Shown one piece after another: positions 13,953 to 27,092 of a stretch of 64,000 nucleotides of DNA; the first letter of the stretch is position 1; each line of letters starts with the position of its first letter. The DNA is from Kudoa neothunni (taxonomy: Eukaryota > Animalia > Cnidaria), in contig OZ199840.1 in NCBI GenBank assembly GCA_964304625.1, positions 7,293,635 through 7,357,634 of the forward strand, written 5' to 3'. The notes under the pieces are model-generated. The model saw only the letters and a list, made by a program, of their open reading frames with translations, had not been told where the DNA came from and did no database searches. A program made the position numbers and the translations under genes.

Positions 13953-15201
13953 TTTTGTTTTGTTAAAATTTTTATTTGTAAATCCTTTGTTATTTTCCTG
14001 TACTTCTTATTTTTTGCAAGTGTGGGGCGGGTTTCGATTAATCTTCGATTTGACAATCTTCTTCATCCAACTCTATTAACAACATCCATCATTACCAAGA
14101 GGATATGGCAGATGTAACCTCAGACTAAAAGTTTTATTCGAGGTATGTATTATAATAAGTTTTGAATGTATTCAGTTTAAATATGATTTACATATACCGG
14201 AAAGAGTAAATGGTTACTATTTAGTCGTTACTTCCATTAATTTCTTCATTATAAAATTTTGTTTGCAACTTTATGTATTTTAAGTTATTATTATGCTACA
14301 AACAACCAGCCTCTATTATTTCCTAAAGCATCTTTTGTCGAATGGGCTATTTATCTATTTTTAAGAATTGCTGAATAATTAAATAAACAGTGAACTAATA
14401 ATTGTAGCATTTTATCAGAAATTAAATATTAATGGTGATTAGGAAACTCTAAGAGACACCCCTCGCATTTTGGTGAAGCATTTCTATAATTTTTATTTAT
14501 ATTAGTCAAAAATTTTAAGTTCAGCAAAGCAACATCGCGCTGTAGCTTGCAAAAGATGAAAAAAGATTAGTATGTATAAAATTTTGTTTACAATTATTCA
14601 TATACCAAATAAATATCGGATATATTTCCTAAATTTTATTTAGTACCTGGGAAATCTAACGACTATACATAGATGATTATTTATTTTGTTCTCTTTTAAC
14701 TACTAAAAATATGTGTTTTCGTGATTTATGAATCCATTTGTCACTTTTTAAATGATGTTATTCATTTATGAAGGAGAAAATTATTATAGGAAACTAACGA
14801 AATATTCGTTAAATTGCGCAAGGTTTTGTAATTCTTTTGATTCTACAAGCCCTAACGTTCACTATGTATTAGTTAAAAGCCATAATATTGAATCATCATA
14901 GAAATTTCTAATTACTCATTTATTTAGTATCATGAAACAACCGAAAACGAATTTACATATGAATAACTTAATGTAAAATAAATCAACAAAGAAAAATGGG
15001 AATTTTTTGTTTTTATTGTCAATATGATGAAAATATGTGTTTTGTTTATTTAGTATCGCGTTATGTTATTGTAATAACTTTGTTATGAGTGTTCTATTTT
15101 TATAACAAATAATGTATGAATCTAAATTAATCGATAATAGAAAATATCAATTTACAAAATCTTCGGTAAATATATTCCACTAATGCTTACATATTGTTTA
15201 A

Positions 15202-17515
15202 CCTTCCAGCACCAACTATGATAACAGAACACGGGTGACCAACTGGGGTCATTAACGTACCCCAACCGAAATACACCTAAAGCTTGTTCAATCTGCCCAA
15301 TAAGATTAGTTTTTTGTTATTTTATCTATATATAAATCATTTTGTTCATGACGAAAACCATTGCAAGAATAATGGTACAAATGCATCAGAATGTAACATA
15401 AATAGCAAACTTTCTCATTTTAATACCAAAAAGGCTATTTGGAAGACTAATGATCAAAATACTATGAATAATTAGACAAAATCACGACTACCGCAATGAC
15501 TAGATACTCATCGCTTTTCGGTAAAAGTCGGCGAAGCCGTAATTAATGGGTGTTTGTTGTGATAGCCGCTTTGATCAATCGTTAAGCCATACTAGCGAAG
15601 ACTTCTATAATCAAATACTGATCTATATTATTTCCTAAATTTTACTAGGCAGAGGCTATAGACATGGTAAAATTTAGTCCTGAACGACATGTGATGTGCG
15701 CTTATGCGATGGAAATTTTTACTCTCAGTGACCTCTGAATATTATTTGCCGTATCAATAGCTACTTCCATTAAATTGTACATAAAATGGTAATAATTTTA
15801 AACAATGAATGATGCAGTGACTTAAGTTTGCATTATTTGAGCATCAATGTTTAGTACGCCAAAAATAATAATCAACAAATTTGTTATATTTTTACGTGGG
15901 CATTTTTAATAGTTATATGTACGACGGGATCATTTTTGTTTTTCCGTTATTTTATTATTTTTTAAGTCTGCTAAATAGTAACGTAAATAGAAATTAGAAT
16001 AACTATTTTTATGTAGACATTTTCTTAATTTAACGAGACATATTTGGTATAATTTCTTAAAGTAAAGAATTATTATTCCAAAAATATTGTTTTCTCTATA
16101 TCGGAGTTAAGTTTATTCTTTTGTTCAACAGACATATTTTTTATCCCATGTTTTACGCAAACGAATTTGAAACAGTTGAAACATCTCAAGCTGGATTCTT
16201 TATCCTTATTCTACCAACCTTCCCAGTATAAGGCTGAATATTTAGTAGGTATGTTGTTTCTACGTCTGCAAACATCCAAAGTTTGATTCAGAATCGGTCG
16301 AGCTTGTTTTTCATATATACACGAAACGGGCATTTACCCCGAAACCTTACTAACCTTTCGCCGACTGTAATATACGCGCCTAATGAAAAACATTTCAGGC
16401 AATTTTCATTAAATAGTTTGCAGACTTGGCAACAAGGTTCAAATTTGTCATTTGTAGTTTGAAATCGATAAATTCTATTTGTTTTATCGTCGAAATGGAT
16501 GTTTCTATAAATATAAGTGAACCTGGTTCTGGACATCATTGTGGAGAAGAATAATTGTTTGAATAGTTGACAACCATTCCACACATTCCTATGAACAAGC
16601 ACCTTGCTATTTTAACGTCCAGCAGCAGTTAATACGCCTATAAACGCTTTTATTTCATCTTTAGATATTGTTGCGTGTTTCTCTGTGTTAATTTCTTCAC
16701 TACATTTGTTGATGTATTTTACAATTTCACCAATTATGTTTTTCGATATAAACAATTCAAAGGCTTAAAAATGGACGTTATATTTTTGGCTTCTAAAATA
16801 CCTGAGTGTGAAGTAACGATGTTATATGATTTAGTTTTCGTTTTCGAACAAATTCTTTTGGATTATTCTCGACCAAATGGGGAAAAATAGAATCGTTATT
16901 GGGGTCTATTTGAGTGAAATTAACGTCACTTTGAAAATCTTCATCACTATCTATATCACTAATAACACAATCATCTGATTCAGATATTTCACAATCTGAG
17001 CAGCTATCATTATTTACTGAGGAAAAATCTTCAATAATTTTTTAAACATCATCAATGGTTTGATCTAATCTCATACTAAATATTACGGATGCATCAACAA
17101 AGTAATTTAACAATCGTTACTTCAATATCCGCAGAAAGGTTACGTGCGAGGCTTAGTCGGGTTAATCCTCGTTAATGCATTAGCGGTAATATTTAGAAAG
17201 GCGCACCATTTTTTCAAACAATATAACTGATATTATTAAATTTTTTCGACTGTTAAAGCTATTTTTAATAGTTATAAAACAAATATGTAACAGAAAAATA
17301 GTCTGATGCATTCAAAATTAACTCTAGTAACTGTTTCGGAATCTACTCATTTTAATAAATTATATTATGAAAAACTTTTTTTAATTAGAATATCGAAATA
17401 ATAATATAATAGGTATTCTAAAACTTTTAAGATTATCAAAAACTGATTTTGGGATTTAGAAACAAAATAGATAATGTGGGGTCTCTCAAATACCCACTAG
17501 TTGTTACCGGAAGAG
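15202..17515 (-). mobile_element. Decayed piggyBac element with pseudogenised transposase
   Basis: Transposase fragments: acidic N-terminus near 17074; MSRTRF..IHFDD..ITVGERLVRFRGKCPFRVYMKNK at 16288-16602; many stops/frameshifts. Imperfect ends TTAACCTTCC (15198) and GGAAGAGTTAA (17519). Confidence 0.8.
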
Positions 17516-18201
17516 TTAAATTAGGATTTAACAAATAAAAAAATCCATAAACTAAAAAATAATTATTAATGTTTAAAAATAATAATTAATTTTGAAAATT
17601 AGAAAATTTTACCATAGTAATTTACATTGTTTTGGTGACTCAAAACCTGCAAATAATTACCAATGATAAATATTAAAATAATAAGATGAAATTAGTTTTA
17701 AATTATAATACCCAAAATGATATTAATTTCAATAAAAATTACCATTTAAATGTGTTGTAAATATAGAGTAAATGATGAATGCCCTCTTAGAAATGCACGG
17801 GGCGTTTTACTCTAAAGATCGAGATGGATTACATGATTCCTACCAAATGATGAATATGGCATTTAAAATTATAAAATCAAAAGAAAAATACATTGTTATA
17901 ACAAATTATTTCAAAAATAAATATTAATTAACTTGTTTTACGGATAATACTTCAAGTTTATTTTCGCACGCATGCAATTAGATGAATATTGTGTCGCTTT
18001 CTGCAAATCCTCCCGAAAATACGCAATACTCATTCTTGACTGTATTTAATTTGAAAGCACCGAGAGCCAAAAATAGCCGACTATCGCGAGAAGTTTTTAT
18101 AAAATATCCTAATTTAGTAATTATGGGGTTTCTGTAAAAATTTTCTATTTTAAGTAATATAATTTTGAATTAAGTACTCATTTTGTTTAACAGAACTTAT
18201 A

Positions 18202-21200
18202 TCTATATATATATATATATATATACAGTCAAACCTCGATTATCCGAAAAATTCGGGACTGGGGATTTTCTTTCCGGATAGCGAGGTTCCGGTTAATCAA
18301 ACCCAACCAATGTCTCGTGCGCGCGCGGGTTTTGAAATTTCCACTTAACGGATTGCTTACTTGATTCATAACCTTTTTTTATTGTTTATTAAGTAAAATA
18401 ATTTAATTTCTAAAATCTAAATTAACAATAATGGCTTATCTATTAACTAAGAATTTGGAGGCTTAAAAGAACAGTATATAATTATGGGAGAAAAATATAT
18501 CTAAAGAGTAGTCTAATTTTTTAAATAATCGGTAATTAATGTCCACACTAACTTTACAAGAGGATTTTGTTCAATTCTTCTTTTAAGGCGTGTAAGTGAT
18601 GTTAATATATCATCTTTTAATTTGACCTCTCCATTCAGATCATGAATATTTGGCTGTTCAATGTATTTAACGATGGTTGAGATAGCAATCATTGCGTCTT
18701 GATCCCGAATGACCTTAATTTCATCTTCTGAATTTTCGGAGGATTCAGAATCACTCTCGTTGAGAATTTCCAGAATATCGTTATCATTGATAAACTCTCC
18801 AGTTTTAAGTTCGGAATCACAACTCACATATTCTGCCGCATTTCGATAACAACATCCGGGTGTTTTTTTTAAAAGCTCGTCTAATGAGTTATCATTGCAG
18901 TCTCTTTCAGAGATAGTGATTTCATCAGAAAGTATGCCAGTGTGATTCCAACAATTTTGGATGATACTTTGTGTAACATTGTCCCACGATTCATAAGTGA
19001 ACCTTACGCCATCCTTCAGATCAATATGAGGAGTATCACCAGATTCTACCTGGTCGACGAATTTTGAAGTTACGAGTTTTCTATAATTTGACTTGAATGA
19101 TCTGATTATGCCCGCACCAAGAGATTGTAAATGGGAAGTTGGGTTTGGAGGAATCATTAATATCAGGATATTCGAATATTCACTTTTTTTGTGGCTAGTC
19201 GCATTATCAAGTAACAGTAGAATATTTATATTTTCTGCTTTCATCATTGAATTGAAATTCTTAAGAAAATTTTCAAATATGATTGATGTCATCCAGGCCT
19301 TTCTATTGGACGTATAAGTCACGTAATGTGAGGGGTCAAAATTCTTGAAACATCTAGGCTTAATAGATTTACCAATAATCAATGGCTTCAACTTATGAGT
19401 TCCCAATGCGTTTACGCAAAATAAAATTGAAATTCTTTCTTTTGAATTCTTCGTACCTGACCGACGAAAATTGGACAACGTCTTATTCGGCCAAGGCGAT
19501 AAAATAAGCCAGTCTCATAGGCATTGTAAATATCCCGCAAAGAATAATTTCGCGGGGCGATTTTAAGTTCGTTGGTGGCTTTTTGAATATCTTCAATATA
19601 TGCTGAGCCGGATTAGCCATGTAAAGTTTTTGATTTTATTTGATACCGCTTTTTGAATTTTTCAAGCCATCTCGAAGAGAAGGAGAAGCCCTCTACTCCA
19701 AGTTTATTCGCGAATTCCTTGGCCTTTTCGGTGATTATAGAGTCGTTTATACACACGTTATGTGCATTCATTTGTGCTATCCACATTTAAAGGGCTTTCT
19801 CCAAGTTATCGTGTTTTCCCCCTTGGATGTCAATCTGTTTGAGTTTTTAGAAGCAATCCATTTTTCGGAATCCCGCAATATATCTCCAATAGTGCTAGTC
19901 ACTAGTATAGATCCCCTCTCTTTAAAAAAGGCATTTGACAAATCTAATAAGGTCATCCTAGGGTTTTTTATCTTTAATTTACAGATAAAAGCTTTTTCGC
20001 ATGGTTTGAGAACAACTCTGGAGCGTTTCTTAGCGTATATAACCAGATGATAGTATAATCGCGCATCGCGAAATGTTTGTTTAATATGCATGCAAGCAAA
20101 TGTTAAAATATAATACGGATTTATATAAGAACAAAAGGTATAAATTAAGTTTTAAAAGAAAAATTATTAATTAATTAACCTAGAAATATTTTTGTTCTAA
20201 ATATAGCACACTAATATATGCTACATTGTATATGTCGTACGGTGATGGGTGCAACTTTTATCCGGAAATCTGATTAAATAGTTCTTCCGGATAATCGAAG
20301 TTTTACTGTATATATATAAAATCCGTTGTCTGTCTGTCTGTGTGTGCCCATAAGCGCGCATGCGCCACGGAGAAACTTGTCTAAATACAGCTTTTAGTTC
20401 GCATTTGAATAGATGGTACCATTAATAAAAATCGTTCATTTACTTAGAAGTACAAATGTAATCAATATCGTTATCAGAAGTAAGGAATTTACTGACTGTT
20501 TACGTCAATAACCAGATTAAAGGTACCTGAATAATATTGATGTTAGTTTACTTCAGAGTGATACTCAATTAGAATGAACTTTTACTCACTGCGTACAGAG
20601 AGAATCTGCCAATTATGATATATAATGTTTAGAAATGTTGCATTTCCCTTAAAATTTGAAGCGTTATGGATATAGTTAAACGAAAAATATTATGATCATT
20701 TTAAATAAAACACATAATTCGAGATTAAAGTTGTTGCCATGTTGGAATAATTAGGGTCTTTACACGGATTCTAAGAACGTTGTAGGAAGTGAGTAGAGTT
20801 TTCAGATAATTAAATTTTTATGATACCTTTTTAAATGAAAATTTCTATTTATCGAATATACTGATTGAGATTGAAACTATATTGGCCTTTTCGATAAGAA
20901 GTTTTTACTCATATTTTGGTTTTCCTAAACTTTCTTGAAAAACAATTGGCATCACTAATTCGATAAGTTTCTATATTTGATGAGATAATTTTTTAAATAA
21001 TGTTTAAGTTCTTAGTAGCCTAATTATTGCTTACCCCTAGACCTTAAGGTTAATACTCAAATCAATATATAATTTTCTTTTCGCTAAAAATAATTTATTA
21101 TGATAAAAAAGCTGCATGAAAATACGCGACACCGCATTCTATACATAGTTTAAGAATTTATATTCACGATTACTTATGCACAAAATACAGTCCACTCTCA

Positions 21201-21744
21201 ATACGTGCCATGTAAGTTAATAAGAAATTATTGGTCTATTCGATCTAACCGGTATTTTCACAGTTTTCGTTAATCTAAGAATAGTTCAATACGAAGAAAT
21301 TTTTTTAGGGCAATCAAACAATATGTTCATTTTAGATTTAATTGTATTTTAATAATTAAATGTGTATATTTTTGACGCATCTTAGGTCGATTTTATTTTT
21401 TTTATTGTAAGATTTTGAAAAGAACCGAAAGTCCTATTTATATTACTTAATGATTTTGTTTGGTGAATAAATGAACTTTAATCGTTAATTAAATTTCTCA
21501 TAAAATTAAGGTCATTATATTTTTGGTCATAATTTGTAACAAACTTTAAAATACTCACTAATTTCCCTCAATACCACTATTTATATTTGACTAGAAAATG
21601 CAGGCATAATTTTGTTTTTCTAAATCATCACATTGCAAAAATAATGACAAACTTTAAAATGTATCAATTAAAATAGAAAAATAAAACTAAAAGTTAAAAT
21701 TTTCCATCACATAGTATCATGCAAAGCTGGGCATTAGCGCTATT
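18202..21744 (+). mobile_element. Putative non-autonomous Helitron interrupted by a Tigger element
   Basis: Removing the Tigger gives A|TCTATATATA..TAAAATCCGTTGTCTGTCTGTCTGTGTGTG, a typical invertebrate Helitron 5' end with a GTCT microsatellite. Candidate degenerate 3' end GCAAAGCTGGGCATTAGCGCTATT at 21721-21744; a second candidate near 21795-21821. Confidence 0.5.
18226..20308 (-). mobile_element. Full-length pogo/Tigger DNA transposon, inactive
   Basis: 21-bp TIRs CAGTCAAACCTCGATTATCCG / CAGTAAAACTTCGATTATCCG, inserted in a (TA)n tract. CENP-B-like HTH (19777-20091) and DDE_1 domain (18513-19478: SKERISILFCVNALG, KPLIIGKSIKPRCF, KAWMTS, LLLDNA). First and third catalytic Asp are mutated (NAYETG, LQSLGAG); frameshifts present. 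Confidence 0.93.
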
Positions 21745-22437
21745 TACTTAAAAATCAAAAAGGTTTTAGCCTACTTGGCTGGGCAAGGAAGCCTTCGCGA
21801 AGCGGGACTTTTGCTCTAAGTCAATAAAATTACATTTTCCACAACATGACATAATTATACTGATATCTATTGCAGATCTGTATTTAAAATCATAATTTTG
21901 CACTATTTAAAACCGTTAAATTGGTCCTGGAAATTATTGAACATTAAATTATTAGACAGCAATTTATTTTTTTTAACATAATGAATATTTTTTATATTAA
22001 TTCCTTAAGCATTCATAGCACTACTTCAGTTCTCATTTCAAGCTCCAAGCAATATTCTTAACCAAAATTTTACAATGCATCATTTAACCTTAGTATCAGA
22101 ATAATGGAGGTTATAAATTTAAAACTTTATAAAGATAAAAATTAGAAAAATGAAAACAATTAACATAATGAACCAACATTATTGTGAGGTTAACAATATT
22201 TAAGGTAAAATTTTAATCTAATTAGTTCAGAAAATCTTATATAATTTAATCATTAAAGTTAACGTAAGTTATGATTTAAAAAATAATGGAAAACAACGGA
22301 AACGTAATCGCCATAATTAAAAATAGGAGTAACAACTCCCATTTGAATAGTACCAATCAAGGTCACCCACAAACCAAACACACTTTATTCAGATGTAACA
22401 ACAACATCGGCCTACATATGATTAAAATAACGTGGTT

Positions 22438-23992
22438 TTATCCTTCGGTGGATTCGTTGTCGGAAAACTTAGTGATTTTTCCTTCAGGTTTGACATTTTT
22501 GGGGTTATTTCTCATTCTTTTTTTCACAACGTTGGAATTATTGGTGTGCCTCTTTTTTTCTAATTTTAATTACCACATAATACGATACTAAGTAAAATAA
22601 GTTAACTTGATTGAAGTTTTGATCTCCAAAAATTAATTTCTGATTGCCCTTCTAGAAGAGTCAATGGGAGTGCCACTTGACTTTCTTCATCGGCGTCGTT
22701 GATGGTGATTTTGAGAAAACACTGTTCATCTTCGTGGGCCAACTGTTTATATAGTTGAATGGCATCTCCCCCATTCGCCATTTCAATAACACCCTAGGAC
22801 AGACAGTTGGAAGAATCACATTCGAAGCCATTAGAAAAGATTTTTACCTCGTTATCACCTTTGCTAAAATGAACCCATTTGACTGGAAGCGTATCCTTAA
22901 GGGCTTCTTTAATCATTTCTCTGGTAATATTTTCATTAGAACTTATGAATTGGATTAATTTGCCAGGTTGGAAACCACACTTGGCAGGCTGACATTCAAA
23001 TGGTAAATAATCAATAACAATGAGACTCATCATAAGGTACTTCATCATCATCATCTTTATATCCGATCTGATCGTAGAAACGTTCTCTAGCTTTGTTTTC
23101 CTTCTTCTTTTTAGATTTTTCACGATTTTCGTCCCTAAATCCTAATACAACAAATCCAATTAATCACCCAACTTACACAGTAAGTTTGGAAATATTATGT
23201 TGATTGTCTTCAAAAGTAAACTCAAGCTGTTTGTCATCATTGAAGAATTTTTTGGCTAGATCTTCTGTTTTGAACTGTACATATAACTTTCCAATAAACT
23301 CTTTGGCAGGATTTCTCATCAATCTTATATCATTAACACCCTACCGAATTCAATTATACTAAAAAATCCCATATGTGGTAACTACTTCAATATTAAGATC
23401 TTGGAAATATTTCTCAATTGTGTCAATGGTGATGGAGTTATTGTGTGGGAACCCGCCCTAAAATTTTAAATATAGCGTCATGCGAACAATTTTAATCGCC
23501 AACCAAAATAACAGTTTGAGGCTTGACGTTGTTGTAGAACTCCTTGGGTGTAATATCAGGAATAGGATGATCTTTATGTCGACGGACCGCTAACTTTTCA
23601 CGATCAACCTACGCAAATAAATATCCTCTATTTTAGGAGCCGAATCTTCAATATATACTTCGAGAAATCCATCGTTATTCTGTTCCAAATATTCCAATAG
23701 TTTCGTTTTATCGTCACACAATTGCTAGAGTTTATTGAGTAAAAATATCGATTAGAAGTTACTTTCAATCGGTTGAATGTTAGTAAACAATCCATCTCAA
23801 CCCCTAATAATCAGTAAAATAGCGAAATAGAGGAAAACGATACATCCATCGTTTTCTTTTATTTTGCCTTTCAAAAATTTGTCGCGTAACAGGTTGTTGT
23901 CACTAAAATAAAACTAAAATTTCTTAGAATACTGGTCGTAATGTATCAACTATTACAGACACTTGCTTGATAACTTTCTCCTTGGTATCCAT
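22438..23992 (-). CDS. SSB: La autoantigen (LaM + RRM1 + RRM2), multi-exon
   Basis: Spliced product MDTKEKVIKQVS|FYFSDNNLLRDKFLKGKIKENDGWVEMDCLLTFNRLK; RRM (GGFP...GKLYVQFKTEDLAKKF); RRM2 (ITREMIKEAL..VKWVHFSKGD); C-terminal KITKFSD; TAA at 22438-22440. Confidence 0.93.
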
Positions 23993-24809
23993 GATAATAG
24001 TGCAAAGAGGACCACGCTTTGTTATTACTGCGCGCGGTTCCTGATCGATTTTCTAATCTTTTTTTATGTGTTCTTCACCATAATTTGTTACAATTATTCA
24101 ATATAGGTGTATAAAAAGTGTATCCAGATGTTCGTAAGATTTTGATAAAGTGCGAATGTCGAAATAATTAACCACGAAATTAAATATCCAGTAAATTATT
24201 ATGCACTTTAAAAAATTGAACATAAAAAGGGAAACTCCATTATATAGATTATTTTTAAAAATGGATCCAAGAATGTATAAATACAGTCAACTACATTTAC
24301 TGCACATTTTTGGGAGATAGGGAAAAAGGTGCACAATAAACGTAAGTCACATGCGTATTCGTATAAAAACTTAGATAATTGAAATATTATTACGTTTAAT
24401 GTATTCAATAATTAGTTTTCGGTTAGTAATCTATTTTTAAAATATCCACATGAGGATATAATAATAACCTTGGTGAATATACGATAAGGAAATTAACAAT
24501 TTTCGTATCCTAAAACAACTTTTTTATAACGATTTTCAAAACTTTGTAGTTAGGCTGAGAAAAAATTTGGCTTGTTGAACGCAGTGGGATGTAGAGTGAA
24601 GAGATCAAGAAAAGAAATAAATATATTTTTGTGCGGAAATTTATTGTTTAGATAACTTATAATTTGAAAATAACTAGAAAATTCTTGCAGTTACATTCCT
24701 ATAAATGAAAATCATACATTGTTTTCGTATATTTAGTCATATAGGATTTTTTTGCAGCCTTATTACTGTGGTGCTGTAGGGTGCAATTTTCCCCACCATG
24801 TACCATGTA

Positions 24810-25268
24810 AAGTGCAACTCCGGAGTTCGAACGTCTCGGAGCACGTACAAATCGGAGTTTGACCAAAAATTTTGAGTCAGACACACTTTCGAGGTCGAAT
24901 ACACACAGAAAGGGGTATTCAAAATAAATCCAGTCGGAGCATAAACAGAGAAGATAAGACATTCTAGAAGATTCGCTCAATCGAAATGTGCGAACGTCAT
25001 CGAAACAGAACCCTTTATAATCGATCGGTTGACAATCCCTAACTATATATCCTATATTTCATTTTTATTATATTTAACGTTTATTTTTTTTTATATTTAA
25101 TAAACCGAAAGCTCGCTTACTTTTTAGTAAATAAGAATAAAAATTGTCATTTATTTGATGAGCGATAACGGATTAAAGTAATTTTCATTGGTTTTCCCGG
25201 GGAAAAAATAATTCGGAATTCGAACACACTTCTATAACGGATAATAATTAAAGTCCGAGTTTGCACTG
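24810..25268. mobile_element. pogo-like MITE (same family as 27885-28740)
   Basis: TA-AAGTGCAACTCCGGA ... TCCGAGTTTGCACTG-TA ends. 24857-24950 is clearly homologous to the reverse complement of the right end of the 27885 element (AATTTTGAGTCAGA.ACACTTT..AG.TCGAA..GAAAGGG..TATT..CGGAGCA). Confidence 0.75.
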
Positions 25269-26253
25269 TATGTAGGTATGTAGTGTCCAGCTTAGAAAGT
25301 TATTATAATTTATAAATATTTGGTACCAAACCCGATTTTTCTAAATATAATATTATTAAATGATTCCATTTCTTATGGCATAAAAAAGAAATCTAATCTT
25401 TGTTAAGAAAGTTTTTAATATTTATATCCTTCATGATAGTTGAGTATTTTTTACCACTAGATCGCAGATTAATCATTTACACTTGTGGAATCTTCTCTGT
25501 AATTAGTTGCACTTCATATTATATCTTTTGTATACATTCAGTCAAACTTTGGTACCAATTAAGATATTGTTAGAAAGAAAAGATGCCATTTGACGAACTT
25601 TTTTGATAATCATGTAGCTCTAATAATTTGTTTTAACATTTTCAATAGATTTATTTAATTTGTTTATTTTTAATCAAAAATTTTATCGAAAAAAACAATA
25701 TCACTTCTTATTTTATTGATATTTCTATTAGAATGGGAATATTTGTCTTTAATGCAAAATGGTTTCTATAAGGATTTATTTAATCATATAAATTTTGGTA
25801 GGTGATAAACATTAATCGATAGCAATATAAAATATTAGAAACTTCTTCCCATATTTTCTCTTGAATATATTTACCATACGTTATTTAACACGCATAAGGA
25901 ATATTTTCCCGATAAACTTTCTATTTCTAGAGTTATTTTAGAGTGCGCAATAAGAGTAATCTACTATATTTGCAAATAAAGCTAAGAATTAAGCGTTGGC
26001 AATTTCCGCTGTTAAAAATCTTGTAGCCCGCTAGTAATACTTAATCAATCGTAAATAAGCACTTATAATTTAAGTTTTATTCATGCGAAGACTAATATTA
26101 CCAATCAGAGTATTCCAAAATACAGATGCCGAATATATTTAATAGAAAAATATAAAATAACACGCTATAGAGAATCAAAATATTGAAATAAAAACAGTAT
26201 CAATATAATAATGACTATTCATGTGATAATGCTCATATCAATCGTAGGATCAT

Positions 26254-26677
26254 TCAGAATTTATTCAGTACACGATTATACTTGGAAGTTAGATGAAAAA
26301 ATATAACTGTAACTACAAAAACTACAGCAGATACTACCACAGTTACAGGTCGTCTAAATTAAAACAAAAGGATATTGTTTCAGGTGATATAGGCAATAAA
26401 ACTACATTTTCAGGCCGGACACTTCATCCGAATAGAATCGTGACATATTTCTTTCAGAAAGAAGAGCATTCCCGGTTTTAGATACCACAGAAGCGGCATT
26501 AGAAGATCTAGTTGTTCTTCTATAATGGACAGCACATAATTAGACCACATGAATCATGCCTGTTATGTATTAAAATAATTACCTTTGTCTAGTTCCACCA
26601 GTTGATGAGACAGCAGATGCAGTAGACGACTAAAAATTGATTAGTTTTTATAAATAAACCGGTAGGAAGTTTACCAT
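26254..26677 (-). CDS. SEC61B: Sec61 translocon beta subunit, 4 exons (first exon is ATG only)
   Basis: M|SSTASAVSSTGGTRQR|RTTRSS...MSRFYSDEVSGLKI|RPVTVVVSAVVFVVTVIFFHLTSKYNRVLNKF* matches the Sec61beta RFYTEDSPGLKV-TM-LHIWGKY pattern. Not in the ORF track. Confidence 0.92.
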
Positions 26678-27092
26678 TTTCAGATGCGCGAATGAATGGT
26701 TTTTACATGCGCACGGATTTTTGCTGCGTCATATAAATTAATTGTTGGTTGTAACACTCTAATTGATTTTTATTGTTGTAATATAATTTTCTCACTCCCA
26801 TTCTTTGAAAAAATTAAAATATTCGCATGATGTGATTTGGATGTCAACTTATTTGTAATTTCTGCGTGCGCGTCCGATGTGTTATTAAACCTAAGGAGTA
26901 TTCGAAGGTGTGTGCATTGTTTATAAACATTGTACAAATTTCGTTAAATGTTTTTATTTATGAATATAATAAATTAATAGTTAGAAAATGTCTACACGCA
27001 AATATACACGAACTGCTGTAAATTTAAGAAACGAATCCACTTTATAAATATAAAAATAACACTATGATTTTTACAATTATTAATAAAACATC

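Noticed and set aside
15300-15600. Captured membrane-protein gene inside the piggyBac
   Set aside because: Hydrophobic translation is broken by stops in all frames and is explained by T-rich composition.
23914-23962. Apparent loss of two residues in the La motif (KQ|FYF) or TAG recoding
   Set aside because: Using the GTAATA donor after CAA GTG TCT gives QVS|FYF with normal spacing and a canonical intron.
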